DNA of 64,000 nt, taken from positions 7,950,762 to 8,014,761 of the forward strand of contig NC_068992.1 in assembly GCF_001194135.2 (NCBI RefSeq), in the 5' to 3' direction. Every line of letters begins with the position of its first letter. Within the stretch, counting starts at the first letter, position 1. The notes below the pieces were generated by a model. The model saw only the letters and a list, made by a program, of their open reading frames with translations, ran no database searches and was not told where the DNA came from. Both the position numbers and the translations under genes were made by a program. Positions 38,956 to 51,331 of this stretch are shown here, one piece after another. This stretch comes from Octopus bimaculoides. Lineage: Eukaryota.

Positions 38956-41159
38956 GTGAGGATATTTATTTTTACTTTGTTCTTTCAATAATGTTTTGTT
39001 TTTTTTTTTCCATTTTCTCTCCTGTTTAAAATGAAAAAAAAGGTACCAACACCCAAGTGTTGTGGTATGGATATCAGAATATTTTCCATCCTCTTGTAAG
39101 TGTTCAAATCTAGGATATTCAAAGAAAGGGCTGAAAACTGTGTGATGGGGTTGGGGTGAAAATGTGACCCTTCATTTCCATAATTACATGAACTCACTCT
39201 ACATCTGAAATGTTTTAATAGTTGTTTTCTTCTTACTGATATTCTTCAAAAATCAATTCCATAACATTTTTTTCATATCAGGTTTCAATTCTTTTTTTTT
39301 TTTAACCTTTAACTGTTTTTTTATTTTTTATTCCAACTTCAAACTTGTCATTTTTAATTTTCATTTGATTCCATGTATTCACTTTACATATGGAATTAAC
39401 TAACTTTTCTGAGCACTTTGTTGGAGAGGAAATAAAATGCGTATGAGACGTTAGATGTGTGATATTACAAGAAAAGTTGGAGTTGAATCTGGAATTCTAC
39501 AAAAAATAGCATGTAGACTCAATTGTGAACAATACATGAATACATATATATAGTAACATTGGGGATTGCTGATTTTGCAACAAGCTAAAAAGCTAGTTCT
39601 AAAATCGCTCGAAGAGATGATTGTAGTAGCTATTCTAGCAAGTAATGTTTGTAGCCACTTCAACATGGCTGTTCTGTTTGAGCGGAATTTACTGCGATTT
39701 TTAGCTGGTTAACGATACACAGTTGCATCCGATATATTGTGAGCAGGGGAACAAACCCCTACCATCTTCTAGCAATGGGACCAGAATATATATATGTATT
39801 TATATATGTATTTATATGTACATGTATATGTTAGTGTGTGTGTGTTTGTTTATACATTATGTGGGCAATGTTTTCAACCAAGATATTACAACATTAACAT
39901 ATCAGCATCTTCAAAGCAGAGCCTTTGAATACTATTCACCTGCTTTAGCATCTGTGATTGTTCCCCCACTTCCACTCTGTTTTACTCTTCTTTCCATAAC
40001 ATGACTGTTGAGAGACACATTTTATTATGTGTAAGTTACACACACACTCACACACACACTCCATATAAATGAGAGCATATGCTTGTTTGTATATCATGGA
40101 AGAGCTCTGAACTTTGCGTCCTCAAGAAAAACAGATTTGATTTTCAAAATCTACATCTCAAAGGCAAGCTTTTCGGTAAATAGTAATCAAAAAATATAAT
40201 TTGATATAAGAAATAATTTGACTTTCAGATCGCCACATCTATTTCTCTCTATATGTCCTATCTGTTTTTACGTTTTTCCCCACTCTCTATACATTTATCA
40301 TACTCTTTCTCTATATTTACCATACTCTCTCTCACTCTTTGCATATGTATGTCTCTCATGCAGGCTACAGTCCCCTCTCTCTCTCTTGATATGACATGAA
40401 ATTGCTTTCATTTTGTTTAAAACTTTGTTGCCATAATGTGTTTAGCTTCATTTTATGATAGCTATCGCTCTGAAAATTGTCAAACTTTAAACTTCTGTAA
40501 CATTTAAAAACAAATTTTCTGAAATAAAGGAATTACAAATCAGATTCAGCATGAAAAATTGCATCAATGTACCAAATTTGAAAATTTTCACTTAATTTTA
40601 AAATGTGAGATTATTACTTTTGGGGCTGTTAAATTCATTACATTGTGTAAGAAAATTGTAATTTTGTTTTTTCTCTTTGATCATCAGTAAGTGTTACTTT
40701 TTTATTTGCTTCTATCTAGAAATCAAAGGAAATGACTACGTTTCCTTTCAAACTTTGCTTTTGTGACCTGGACATCAATGCTTTAAAACTGACCTATGTT
40801 CCGTTGCATCTCAGACAGATTCAGTGCTGAGTTGTTCAAGCAGAAATATCGTTATAGCAAATATTCTGCTCAATACTACAGATTAGCTTGTCAAATGTTT
40901 GACTGTAACCACTTGAGTGTGTCCCTTTGTGGCTGACAATATATGCACCTCTGATGATGAGCAGGATTAGTGGGGGAGCATCATAGCCATGTATTGAGAG
41001 GAATTCTTTGGGGTTTGAACTAATGTAATAAACGCAAACTTTGAAGGAAATATTAGCTGTTTTTCATACTTCCTAGGGGTAAGCAAATAGGAAATAACAG
41101 TTGCTACCCAAGGACAAAAATTGTGTTACACACTGTTACCTTTAGACATAAAACATATC

Positions 41160-41610
41160 ATCATCATCATCGTTTAATGTCTGCAGTCCATGCTAGCATG
41201 GGTTGGACGATTTGACTGAGGACTGGTTAACCAGATGGCTACACCAGGCTCCAATCTGATTTGGCAGAGTTTCTACAGCTGGATACCCTTCCTAACGCCA
41301 ACTACTCTGAGAGTGTAGTGGGTGCTTTTACGTGCCACCGGCATGAAGGCCAGTCAGGAGGTACTGGCAACGGCCACACTCGAAATGGTGTATTTTATGT
41401 GCCACCTGCACAGGAGCCAGTCCAGCGGCACTGGCAACGATCTCGCTCGAATGTCTTTTCACGTGCCACCGGCACAAGTGCCAGGAAGGCGACGCTGGTA
41501 ATGATCACGCTCAAATGGCGCTATTTACGTGCAACTGGTACGAAAGCCAGACAGCTGCTCTGGCAATGATCACGCTCAAACGGTGCTCTTAGTACTCCAC
41601 TGGTACAAGT
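41160..41610 (-). mobile_element. RTE-tailed retroposon in UBAP1 intron 4
   Basis: (cat)n tail at 41160, tail homology, several hairpin units. Confidence 0.85.
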
Positions 41611-41794
41611 ACCATCACTCGGTGCTTTTAAGGATCTATGAGGTTAATCAGCAATCTGAAAAATTATATTCTTGAAATTGTATTGTTTATGAAAATTATT
41701 AACTGTCTGCTTTAGGTTTCAGTCGTTATGTATGCATTTTCTTTTTGTAGTGATTTCTTTCAAATTGAATTACACCATGTTTGTTATCTTTCAG

Positions 41795-42034
41795 TCTTGG
41801 AGTCGGCACTCTCCACTACCACCAATCCGAGCACGGTCCAATGGCCAGGTGTCACAGGGCTCGGTAGACACAAGCTGTAGTGATGACAGTCCCACAGATT
41901 ACACTCAGGCTACTGACCCATTCTCTGCATTGTCACAAGAAGCTCAGACGTTTGCCCAGCAATATCTTTCCATGGGGTTCCCTCGGGCCAGAGTTGCGAG
42001 GGCTGTCCAAAAATTAGGATTACAAGAAAAAGAT
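41795..42034 (+). CDS. UBAP1: UBAP1 exon 5 (SOUBA start: DPFSALSQEAQTFAQQYLSMGFPRARVARAVQKLG)
   Basis: tctttcag| acceptor and |gtaagt donor; 240 nt, phase 0-0; UBA-type MGF motif. Confidence 0.92.
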
Positions 42035-42143
42035 GTAAGTATTTGTGTTTATGTAAGTCTGTACACAAATTGAAATAATGTGAATGTCAGAAAGAACATG
42101 AACTCCATACCAATATTTTCATGTATTTTGTGTTTTGGATTTA

Positions 42144-42610
42144 TAGAGAGAGAGTTCATTTAGATGAGTTGCAGTTTGGGTTTGTGCCAGGGAGAAGCAC
42201 CATTGATGCTATATTTCTGGTAAGACAGTTGCAGGAGAATTTCCTAGCCAAAGATAACCCTCTGTACTTGGCTTTTGTTGACATGGAGAAAACCTTTGAC
42301 AGGAGACCCCTCCCCAGTCCCCTTATATGGTGGTCAATGCGGAAACTAGGGATAGATGAGTGGTTGGTGAGAGCTATACAAGCAATGTACAAGGATGCTG
42401 TCAGTAAGGTGTGTGTTGGCAATGAGTATAGTGAAGAATTCCGGGTAAAAGTAGGAGTTCACCAAGGGTCAGTCCTCAGCCCCCTCTTGCTCATCATAGT
42501 CCTCCAGGCAGTAACAGAGGAATTCAAGATAGAATACCACTGGGAGCTCCTTTATGCTGATGACCTTCCTCTAATAACTGAGTCACTACCAGAACTAGAG
42601 AAGAAGTTGT
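42144..42610 (+). mobile_element. RTE reverse-transcriptase core fragment in UBAP1 intron 5
   Basis: QFGFVPGRSTIDAIF.VRQLQE..LAFVDMEKTFD..GVHQGSVLSPLL..LLYADDL (RT motifs). Confidence 0.92.
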
Positions 42611-42840
42611 CTGAAGGGGGTCCTTTTTCTCTGATGATCTGCTGTTCAGCTCTCCCTAAAGTTTCTCACTAACTTTGTTTTCATTTCTTTCTTAATGGTA
42701 ATTGTATGCAGTATATACCCTAATTTGAGTAGGTGTGCGTGATGTTAGTAGTAATTGTAGTAGAACAGTATAAATGCAGGGGATGTTTTCTAATATTGAT
42801 GCTAATGACTTCAATGTTGAATGTTTTTTTTTTCTTTCAG

Positions 42841-42942
42841 GTGATTGATCATCTGTGTATGGTTGACAAACTGGGAGAAGGAGGATATGATCCACACTTG
42901 GTTGAAGATGCTTTACATTTATTTGAAAATGATATCCAAAAA
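42841..42942 (+). CDS. UBAP1: UBAP1 exon 6 (VIDHLCMVDKLGEGGYDPHLVEDALHLFENDIQK)
   Basis: tttctttcag| acceptor and |gtaaga donor; 102 nt; second overlapping UBA repeat (GY..LVEDAL). Confidence 0.92.
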
Positions 42943-42996
42943 GTAAGACATCCAAATCATTTCATTAAACCTTGGTCATTTATTGATGGCTCTTTG

Positions 42997-43039
<43 letters not shown>

Positions 43040-43532
43040 ACCATTATCATTTGACATCTGCCTTCCATACTAGCATGGGTAGATATATATATGCATGTGT
43101 GTGTGTTTTTGTGTATATGAATGTTGTAGTATAAATATATATATACAAATACACGACAATGATATATATATATATATATATNNNNNNNNNNNNNNNNNNN
43201 NNNNNNNNNNNNNNNNNNNNNNNNNNNNNNNNNNNNNNNNNNNNNNNNNNNNNNNNNNNNNNNNNNNNNNNNNNNNNNNNNNNNNNNNNNNNNNNNNNNN
43301 NNNNNNNNNNNNNNNNNNNNNNNNNNNNNNNNNNNNNNNNNNNNNNNNNNNNNNNNNNNNNNNNNNNNNNNNNNNNNNNNNNNNNNNNNNNNNNNNNNNN
43401 NNNNNNNNNNNNNNNNNNNNNNNNNNNNNNNNNNNNNNNNNNNNNNNNNNNNNNACTCATCTATGTATATGTATTTCAAGTTTATATACACACATCAACA
43501 AACATAACCTTTTCCCTTTTTTGTCTTTTCAG

Positions 43533-43658
43533 GCGGAATGCTACTTGCACCTTCATCAACAATTTGTGGAACTTGGATTTCAAAAACCAAAGATCCAGCA
43601 TGCATTAGTTACTTCCAAGCTCGACAGTGACAAAGCTTTGGACTTGTTAACCACCTAA
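43533..43658 (+). CDS. UBAP1: UBAP1 exon 7, terminal (AECYLHLHQQFVELGFQKPKIQHALVTSKLDSDKALDLLTT*)
   Basis: cttttcag| acceptor; third UBA (LGF ... ALDLL); TAA at 43656-43658. Summed CDS is 1779 nt = 592 aa plus stop. The preceding intron contains an N-gap. Confidence 0.9.
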   Translation, partial: AECYLHLHQQFVELGFQKPKIQHALVTSKLDSDKALDLLTT

Positions 43659-44144
43659 AAGACATTGTTTGTAGAGGAAGGGGTGGGGGGAGGGAGTGGG
43701 CAGGGGAACAAAACATAATAAACACAGTTACAGAAAAAAAAAAAGAAAAGAAAAAAATGAATACATACAACACAGAGAATGTAAATCTACTGTGTAACTT
43801 GGTAAACAAAATCAAAGATTCCTGCATCATTCAATTTTCCTTTTTTCTTCAGTTCTTCTGTTGGATATTAAATTTAACACCTGAAAGTAATTACCAACCT
43901 CAAACAGAATTTTGATTTTATCCCATTTGAATGTATTTTCTATTTCAGCTACAAGAGATGTAATCGAATCACTGGCAGACTATACAAAAATGTAGGCTTC
44001 AATACATGATAGATGGGACTGGATCAGTTTGTACTTGCGCAATGAAAACTGAGTCCCTTAACCCTTTAGCATTTGACCCCTTGCAAATGAATTTAGTACT
44101 GATTGTTTGTGCTGTGTACTGGTATTAGGCCATTCAGTAACTAC

Positions 44145-44530
44145 TCTTTTACTCTTTTACTTGTTTCAGTCATTTGACTGCGGCCATGCTGGAGCACCGC
44201 CTTTAGTCGAGCAAATCAACCCCAGGACTTATTCTTTATAAGCCTAGTACTTATTCTATCGGTCTCTTTTGCCGAACTGCTAAGGGGACGTAAACACACC
44301 AGCATCGGTTGTCAAGCAAAGTTGGGGGGACAAACACAGACACACAAACACACATACATACATATATATATATACAATGGGCTTCTTTCAGTTTCCGTCT
44401 ACCAAATCCGCTCACAAGGCTTTGGTTGGCCCGAGGCTATAGTAGAAGGCACTTGCCCAAGGTGCCACGCAGTGGGACTGAATCCTGAACCATGTGGTTG
44501 GTAAGCAAGCTACTTACCACAGCCACTCCT
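44145..44530 (-). mobile_element. SINE family A, full length, downstream of the UBAP1 stop
   Basis: (agtaaaag)n tail to aggagtggctgtg head; colinear with 61915-62337. Confidence 0.9.
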
Positions 44531-44959
44531 GTGCCTACAAGGAATTTTCTAGTGTCTTTACAGATTCTTCTCAGTGTGGTATATTCAAAGACATGGTGCT
44601 GCACAGAGCAAGACATTGCATTGCTCACATACACACAGGTTTTGATGCGACCAGTACCACTTCCCATCTGCAAGAGGTAAAGCTGGCCATGTCCTGCTAA
44701 AATATTCAACATGCTTTATCATCAAACTGGCCAGATCCAGCCTCTCACATCTACCCTGTAACCTCATTCTAAAATTAAACAATCACATCATTGAAATCTT
44801 AAAGCTGTGAGATAATGTATGATTAATTCAAAGCAATATGAACAAATAAGCACTGCATTTGGCAGAGTAATCTGAATGCTAAAGGCTTTAATGCCCAGGC
44901 GGCTCACTAGATGTAGTTAATAGCTTTTGTTACCTAAGGAGATATAATTAGCAAAGGAG

Positions 44960-45480
44960 GTGACTACTCTGAAAGCATAGTAGTTGGAGCAGAGTAAGAA
45001 TGGTTTGGAAAGAAATTCAAGGAGCTGACACCACTGTCGGCAACAAAGGTCTTTTTCCACAGAGTGAAAAGCAGTTTATATGATGCTTGTGTTAGAAGTG
45101 CAATACTGCAGGGTAGTGAGACATGGGTCTTGAATACAGAGGCTTTGGGAAGAAATGAAATTAGCATGCTCTGTTGGATGGGCAGTGTAAGCATGCATGA
45201 ATGTCATAGTATAAATGTGCTGTAAGAAAAACTGGGCATAAGAGGAATCAGGTGTAGTGTGCAAGAAAGAAGACAGTGCCGGTACAGATACATAATGCCT
45301 ATGGATGAGGACAGCTGTATAGAGAAGTACTGATCAATAAACATGGCTGGTGCTTGTGGACAAAGAAATCCAGGAAGACTTGGGATGAAGTGGTCAGTAC
45401 TGAAATCAGAACACTGAGTCTCACAAATGAAATAACAAAGGACTGGCCTATCTGACAATGTGAGCTTCTGAAAACCCACC
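44960..45480 (+). mobile_element. Decayed RTE LINE 3' ORF
   Basis: Homologous to 661-1030 (YDACVRSAILQGSETW..EISMLCWMG); frameshifted. Confidence 0.75.
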
Positions 45481-45564
45481 CATCATGACAAAACTGACTT
45501 CTGAAAGTACTGTATGGGTATATATTCACACACGCATATATGTGTGTGTGTGTGTATATATGTA

Positions 45565-45595
<31 letters not shown>

Positions 45596-45596
45596 G

Positions 45597-46035
45597 TGCG
45601 GGCGACATGAAATCTTCCGAGCGGGATCGTTGCCGGTGCCCCTGGGCTGGCTCTTGTGCGGGTGACACATGAAATTTCTTCGAGCGGGATCGTTGCCGGT
45701 GCCCCTGAACTGGCTCTTGTGTGGGGCTGTTGTGGGATTTTCGAGCGGGATCGTTGCTGGTGCCCCTGGACTGGCTCTTGTGCGGGTGACACATGAGGTT
45801 TCTCGAGCGAGATGAGCGTGGCCGTTGCCAGTACCGCCTGACTGGCCTTCGTGCCGGTGACACGTAAAAGCACCCACTACACTCTGAGTGGTTGGCGTTA
45901 GGAAGGGCATCCAGCTGTAGAAACACTGCCAAATCAGATTGGAGCCTGGTGTAGCCATCTGGTTTCACCAGTCCTCAGTCAAATCGTCCAACCCATGCCA
46001 GCATGGAAAGCGGACGTTATACGACGACGACGACG
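45597..46035 (+). mobile_element. RTE-tailed retroposon with expanded ~62-bp tandem units
   Basis: Units start at 45618, 45681, 45742 and 45804, followed by the family tail and (cga)n. Confidence 0.9.
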
Positions 46036-46074
46036 TATGTATGTGTGTTTGTGTATATATATATATATATATAT

Positions 46075-47494
46075 AATGACTGCCTTTGTAGGCTGGACCA
46101 CAGCCATTAAGAGCAACACACCATTTTTTCTTCTCCTTCGCATGGCCTCAAAATACCCTCCTCTATCCATCGATCCACCTCCCTCTCGAATTCATTCCTG
46201 GCTCCTCCTTCGAGGGTGTGTTCGTAACAGCACACCCTGTTTCACAACACAGGAGGTTCTCCCTTCCAGAAGTATTCTACCGTCCGTCGTGTTCCATCGA
46301 ATTTGGCCCGGAAGTCCTCGTCTTCAATGTAGCATACATCGTCTCCTCTTTCTGCACGTGTTCTGTCGCTCTCGCAGCCTTCTTCCGCCTTTCCATACTC
46401 ATATCACGCAGCACATCGGTTGTCGAATTCCACTCCCTTCTCGCCTGCTTTTACGCCATCCAACCGGACAATTACGTCCATTCCCACCACTATGTCAACA
46501 CCGTCCACCACTTCGTCGACAACAATTGCCTGAACCTTCACTTGCACTATCAACTGTATTCCGCCCTAGCCTCTACACCTAACCTTCCCGCCATCCACTG
46601 CACTCAGATTTGGGTTACTGCCCTAGCTAGTTACTATTTTTACAGTCACCTGGGTCGTAGTGCAACTAGTACAGTATCCACAAGGGCTCAAGCATCTCTC
46701 GACCCCACTTAAACGTTTATTATTGGCAGTGACCGCGAGTGCGCCTCTAATCGGTTGACTGGGTAGCTACCAGCGCAATAGCTCCCTTTCATTCGTTTCC
46801 CTGTTTGCATTGGTTAGCAATGTGCCCAGGCTGGTCACACCGGTAGTACACCACTTCTGGTTCCGTGCAGACTCTGACTATATGAGGACCCCGAAACCTG
46901 AAACAATGTCCCTTCATCCTTCACCCAGCTTCTCTTGTCTCATTCTTCTTCCCGTCAGCTTCCGTTCGCCTCTTTGTCGTTCTCGTTTCCGTCGTCGTAC
47001 TAACTACATTACGTATGTTATTCTGCGTCATGACACGACTTCGCTCTATCAACTCGCTCACCGGCATGGTGTCGATACTCAGTAGCTGCTGCAAACTTAT
47101 TGAGTTGTGATGGGGGAAATCCGGTCACAAAGGCCAACTTTACAATTCTTTCCATTGTCTCCTTGGAAACCTCTGCTAAAGCTACCAATCTCCTAATCTC
47201 GCTCGCATAGTCGTCAACCTGTTCTCCTCTACATTTCACGCTTCCGAGCTTACTATACTCCGTGTAAGCAACTTTCAGCCGTTCCTCGATCTTTTCGATC
47301 TTTTGCTGATCGTCTTCCGACATCTCTAGATACAGGTTCAATGCACTTCTAGATACAACAGTAGGAGGCTGGCTACGTCCCGTATCCTCTGCAATTTCGC
47401 TACTAGCTTCACTTTCTTTATCCAGGCCACCACGTCGCCTTTGGGCATAGAAAAGTCTCAACACGTCGCTGCCGAGTCTAATCTTTGATGCCAT
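46075..47494 (-). mobile_element. Ty3/gypsy LTR retrotransposon relic: gag, CCHC knuckle, aspartic protease
   Basis: gag-like EQVDDYASEIRRLVALA..KLAFVTGFP; YRCDQPGHIANQC knuckle at about 46810-46850; ALVDT(G) at about 46675-46690; DIVVGMDVI; truncated before RT. Confidence 0.8.
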
Positions 47495-47511
47495 ATTTTA
47501 CCGTAGACAGT

Positions 47512-47514
<3 letters not shown>

Positions 47515-47568
<54 letters not shown>
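47515..47568. repeat. 54-nt poly(T) homopolymer
   Basis: Direct reading. Confidence 0.95.
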
Positions 47569-47569
<1 letters not shown>

Positions 47570-48654
47570 ACGCAACGCAATGAGCCGAAATAGCTTGTGG
47601 TATGAAGGAGAAAATAGAAAAAGGAGAATTGAGGCTTTCTTACCTTTCGATTCGGGGGAAACGTTCTCACACTACCCACGTGGTCGTTCACACATGTCCA
47701 CTCTTCCAGCTGTCCGGCTGCACACTGCCTTTCTTCCTGTCCCCGCTGCGCGTGCTCTCTTGAGCACTTCTGAACTCAGGGGCTCCTGACAGGACATACG
47801 AACTCTCCCACTTTCGACTTCTCAACAGCTTCAGCTCAATACCACACAAGTCTATTTCTTAGATAAAAAAATATATGGGGTAGTCAAAAAACAATTACAG
47901 TTTTGGTGCGCTTTATCTGACAGGGTTATCAGCTATATATTTTGCATGTCTTAGCCACTAAATACAGTGTTCGTAAAGTAGTACTGGGACATGCTTCGTT
48001 GTAGTATCAAGACCAACTGATGATGACAACGATGACGCAGCTAAACCCAGCTACCATTTATAAAATCACACGATGACGGGTACTGTCAAAAGCATACAAA
48101 ATTTGAAGTGACTAGAAATGAGAACAATAACATCTCATACAAAATTTGAACTACCTGACTCAGTGCAAATATCTTTTTTGTCGCTCGTTGTAATGACACT
48201 GCAGTTTGTTGTATTTAAAATCAAACCAGAATTTGTTTTCCATCGACTTCAACTCGACCGAATCATCACACTGGTGATTATAAAAAATCAGAAATATCTT
48301 TTCGTTACGCATGCACACACGCACACTTGGGTACATTAGTTATTTGAGATCTAAAGTTTTAAGAACCATAAGAGACCCGAATTTTAACTAAATATTGAAT
48401 TCAAATTTCGGGGTACGGGTAAGTCGGTTGCGTCGACCTCAGTGCCCAACTGGTACTTATTTTATCGACCTCCGAATGATGAAAGTAAAGTCAGCTCCAA
48501 CGACACTTGAACTCAGAACCTAAAGTTAGGTGAAATACCACGAAGCATTTTTGCCCAGCGTACTAACGATTCTTCCAGCTCCTCATCTTACTTTAACTAA
48601 ATATTATCTCTGTTTTTCAGCCATAACAAGGAAGCTTCGAATCTGACGCAGACG

Positions 48655-49170
48655 ATGAGAAGGCGTGCCGTTCTCGTCGCCTTAGCCGCCAATCATAGTG
48701 ATTCTGATATTGTAACTTTAAATGTCACAAGGATCCTTTGTGTTGAAGATCAGAAAAGGGCTCCTAGCATTTGCTGTGACTAAAAAAAGCAAAAGAAAGA
48801 TAGACGTTGTCAGAAAAGTTTGACCAGCAAGTCCAGGGCATCGTCAACGAGATTCCTGGCAAGTCAATGTCGGCCGTTGCCAATCATCTGCATGTATCGG
48901 TGTCAACGATTAGAGGTATGGTGCATAGAGATATCAGAGACAAATCTTAAGTTGTTAGAAAAGAGCAGTTCATGACGAATAAGATCCAGGAAAACCGTGT
49001 GATCCGGTCAAAACGCTTACTGAACAAACTGAAGCATCCCGAGAAGCCCGGATGAGAAAAGCTTTGTCGAAGATCAAAAAGCCCCATTAAAGTCTCCACT
49101 GTTATGCATCCCACGTTCCCATCGTCTATAATTGTCTTGGGAGCAGTGAGTAACGAGGGCTATGTCATAC
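48655..49170 (+). mobile_element. Tc1/mariner (maT/DD37D-like) transposase relic
   Basis: IVNEIPGKSMSAVANHLHVSVSTIRGMVHRDIRDKS*VVRKEQFMTNKIQENRVIRSKRLLNKLKHP and FPSSIIVLGAVSNEGYVIP. Confidence 0.75.
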
Positions 49171-49420
49171 CGGTCTTATATATATTTTTTACTAGTTTCA
49201 GTCATTTGACTGCGGCTATGCTGGAGCACCGCCTCGAAAGGTTTTAGTCGAACAAATGAGTCCAAGGACTCTTCTTGAAGCTTAGTATTAATTCTATCTG
49301 TGTCTTTTACTGAACCGCTAGTTTACGGGGACGTCAACGTACCAAGACCGGTTGTCAAGTGGCGTGGGAAGGCAAAGACACACACAAACACAGACACAGA
49401 CACACGCACACACATCTATG

Positions 49421-49996
49421 TAAAGCGACTGAGGGCTCTATTCAGCACCAGTATTGCTACAAATAAGAATCAAAACGATTCATAACCACAATAAGCACCA
49501 TCTTATTGACTAACAAGGGAGGCAAGCTTCCTAAACACCGGGCATAGCCAGATGACCAGTGAATGAATGCTCGTCAGTGGTACTTACTAGCGCCTTGGGT
49601 TAAGCTTAACTCGCCTTGTCAGCTTATAAGATCACCGTAGAAATCATACCCTGATTTCATAAATGGTGAAGGTATAAATTATAAATAACAAGGGTGGCAT
49701 GTTAGCAATTTTCCAACTGAAAGGCAAAAATATAGACGTCACTAAAGCGACTGAGTTGAGTTTAACCCAAGGCGACGGTAAGAGCCACTGACGAGCATTA
49801 ATGTAGATGCGAAATCTGTGGTGATCTGGCTATGCTCTTGCTTCTTTTATCAGTCAATATGATGGTAATTATTGTGGCTATGAGTTATTTTGGCTCTTAT
49901 TTCTAGCAATACTGGTGCTGAATACCACCCTCGGTCGCTTTAATGACGTATATATTTTTGCCTTTCGGTTGAAAAATTACTAATAAGCCACCCTTA
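49421..49996. mobile_element. Two inverted copies of a ~300-bp TIR element
   Basis: 49690-49996 has ~70-bp TIRs (aagggtggc...taaagcgactgag); 49421-49615 is the reverse complement of its interior. Confidence 0.75.
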
Positions 49997-50169
49997 TTAT
50001 ATATATGTATGTATGTATGTTGAAGAGCGAAGCTCGAAACGTTAAAGACATTCTCTATTCCCGAGCGTTAAACTAATACATCCTTTTGTTGTTTACACCA
50101 CTTGTCCTCGTCTGTTGTTTTTTTTCGTAAATTCTCCCATATATATATATGTAAGTATATATGTATATG

Positions 50170-50200
<31 letters not shown>

Positions 50201-51331
50201 GCATGTATATATATATATATGCATGTATATATATATATATATATGCATGTATATATATATATGTATGCATGTATATATATATGTATGCACGTATATATAT
50301 ATGTATGTATNNNNNNNNNNNNNNNNNNNNNNNNNNNNNNNNNNNNNNNNNNNNNNNNNNNNNNNNNNNNNNNNNNNNNNNNNNNNNNNNNNNNNNNNNN
50401 NNNNNNNNNNNNNNNNNNNNNNNNNNNNNNNNNNNNNNNNNNNNNNNNNNNNNNNNNNNNNNNNNNNNNNNNNNNNNNNNNNNNNNNNNNNNNNNNNNNN
50501 NNNNNNNNNNNNNNNNNNNNNNNNNNNNNNNNNNNNNNNNNNNNNNNNNNNNNNNNNNNNNNNNNNNNNNNNNNNNNNNNNNNNNNNNNNNNNNNNNNNN
50601 NNNNNNNNNNNNNNNNNNNNNNNNNNNNNNNNNNNNNNNNNNNNNNNNNNNNNNNNNNNNNNNNNNNNNNNNNNNNNNNNNNNNNNNNNNNNAGGTAAAG
50701 AATACGTACACCACCCGTTTTTCGGCGTAACCCTAACCCTAAACACCGAGTGTGCCTATTCTTGAGAGAGAGAGGGGAAGAGAGTGAGTGAGGCTGTATT
50801 TTCTCATAACATATGGAAAAATGGATATCTTTTAATGCTATTTTTTTGGTTGTGTCTTATTTTAATACAATATTTATGTGTACGTTTTCATAAATGTTTG
50901 TCTGAGTAGAAATCTATGCATGTGTGAAACATCGGAGGAAAGTGATACATTAGAAGCAAATCAAAATATTGTCCGAAAATGACCCCAAAATTGTGCGACC
51001 CAACCTTGTTGCCGAAGTTATTTTAGTTGTAAAAAAAGAGTTGTTGAGTCGAAAACATAGTTTGTTTGGTAGATAGATAATAAGCAACTTTCTTATTATA
51101 ATACACATGTGACTAGTTCGGAGAAACATTACTTTCATTATTCACACATCGTTACTCTTGTAATGTAACACTTTGTAATTTTGGTTGAAATTGAAAGTGT
51201 GAAACTATTTTCATTTTGTAATGAAACCTGGTCGTTGTAGAGGAGTGTATAGCTGGTTATTGAAATAACGTTGAAAATATGTAAATGAAAATAAAGTTTA
51301 TTTGACATGTGTAATTGATTTGATTGTTCTG

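Noticed and set aside
42121-42672. Host protein-coding ORF of 183 aa
   Set aside because: It is an RTE reverse-transcriptase fragment within a UBAP1 intron.
45600-45890. CRISPR-like regularly spaced repeats
   Set aside because: Eukaryotic context, no unique spacers, no cas genes; whole units are tandem copies within a retroposon.
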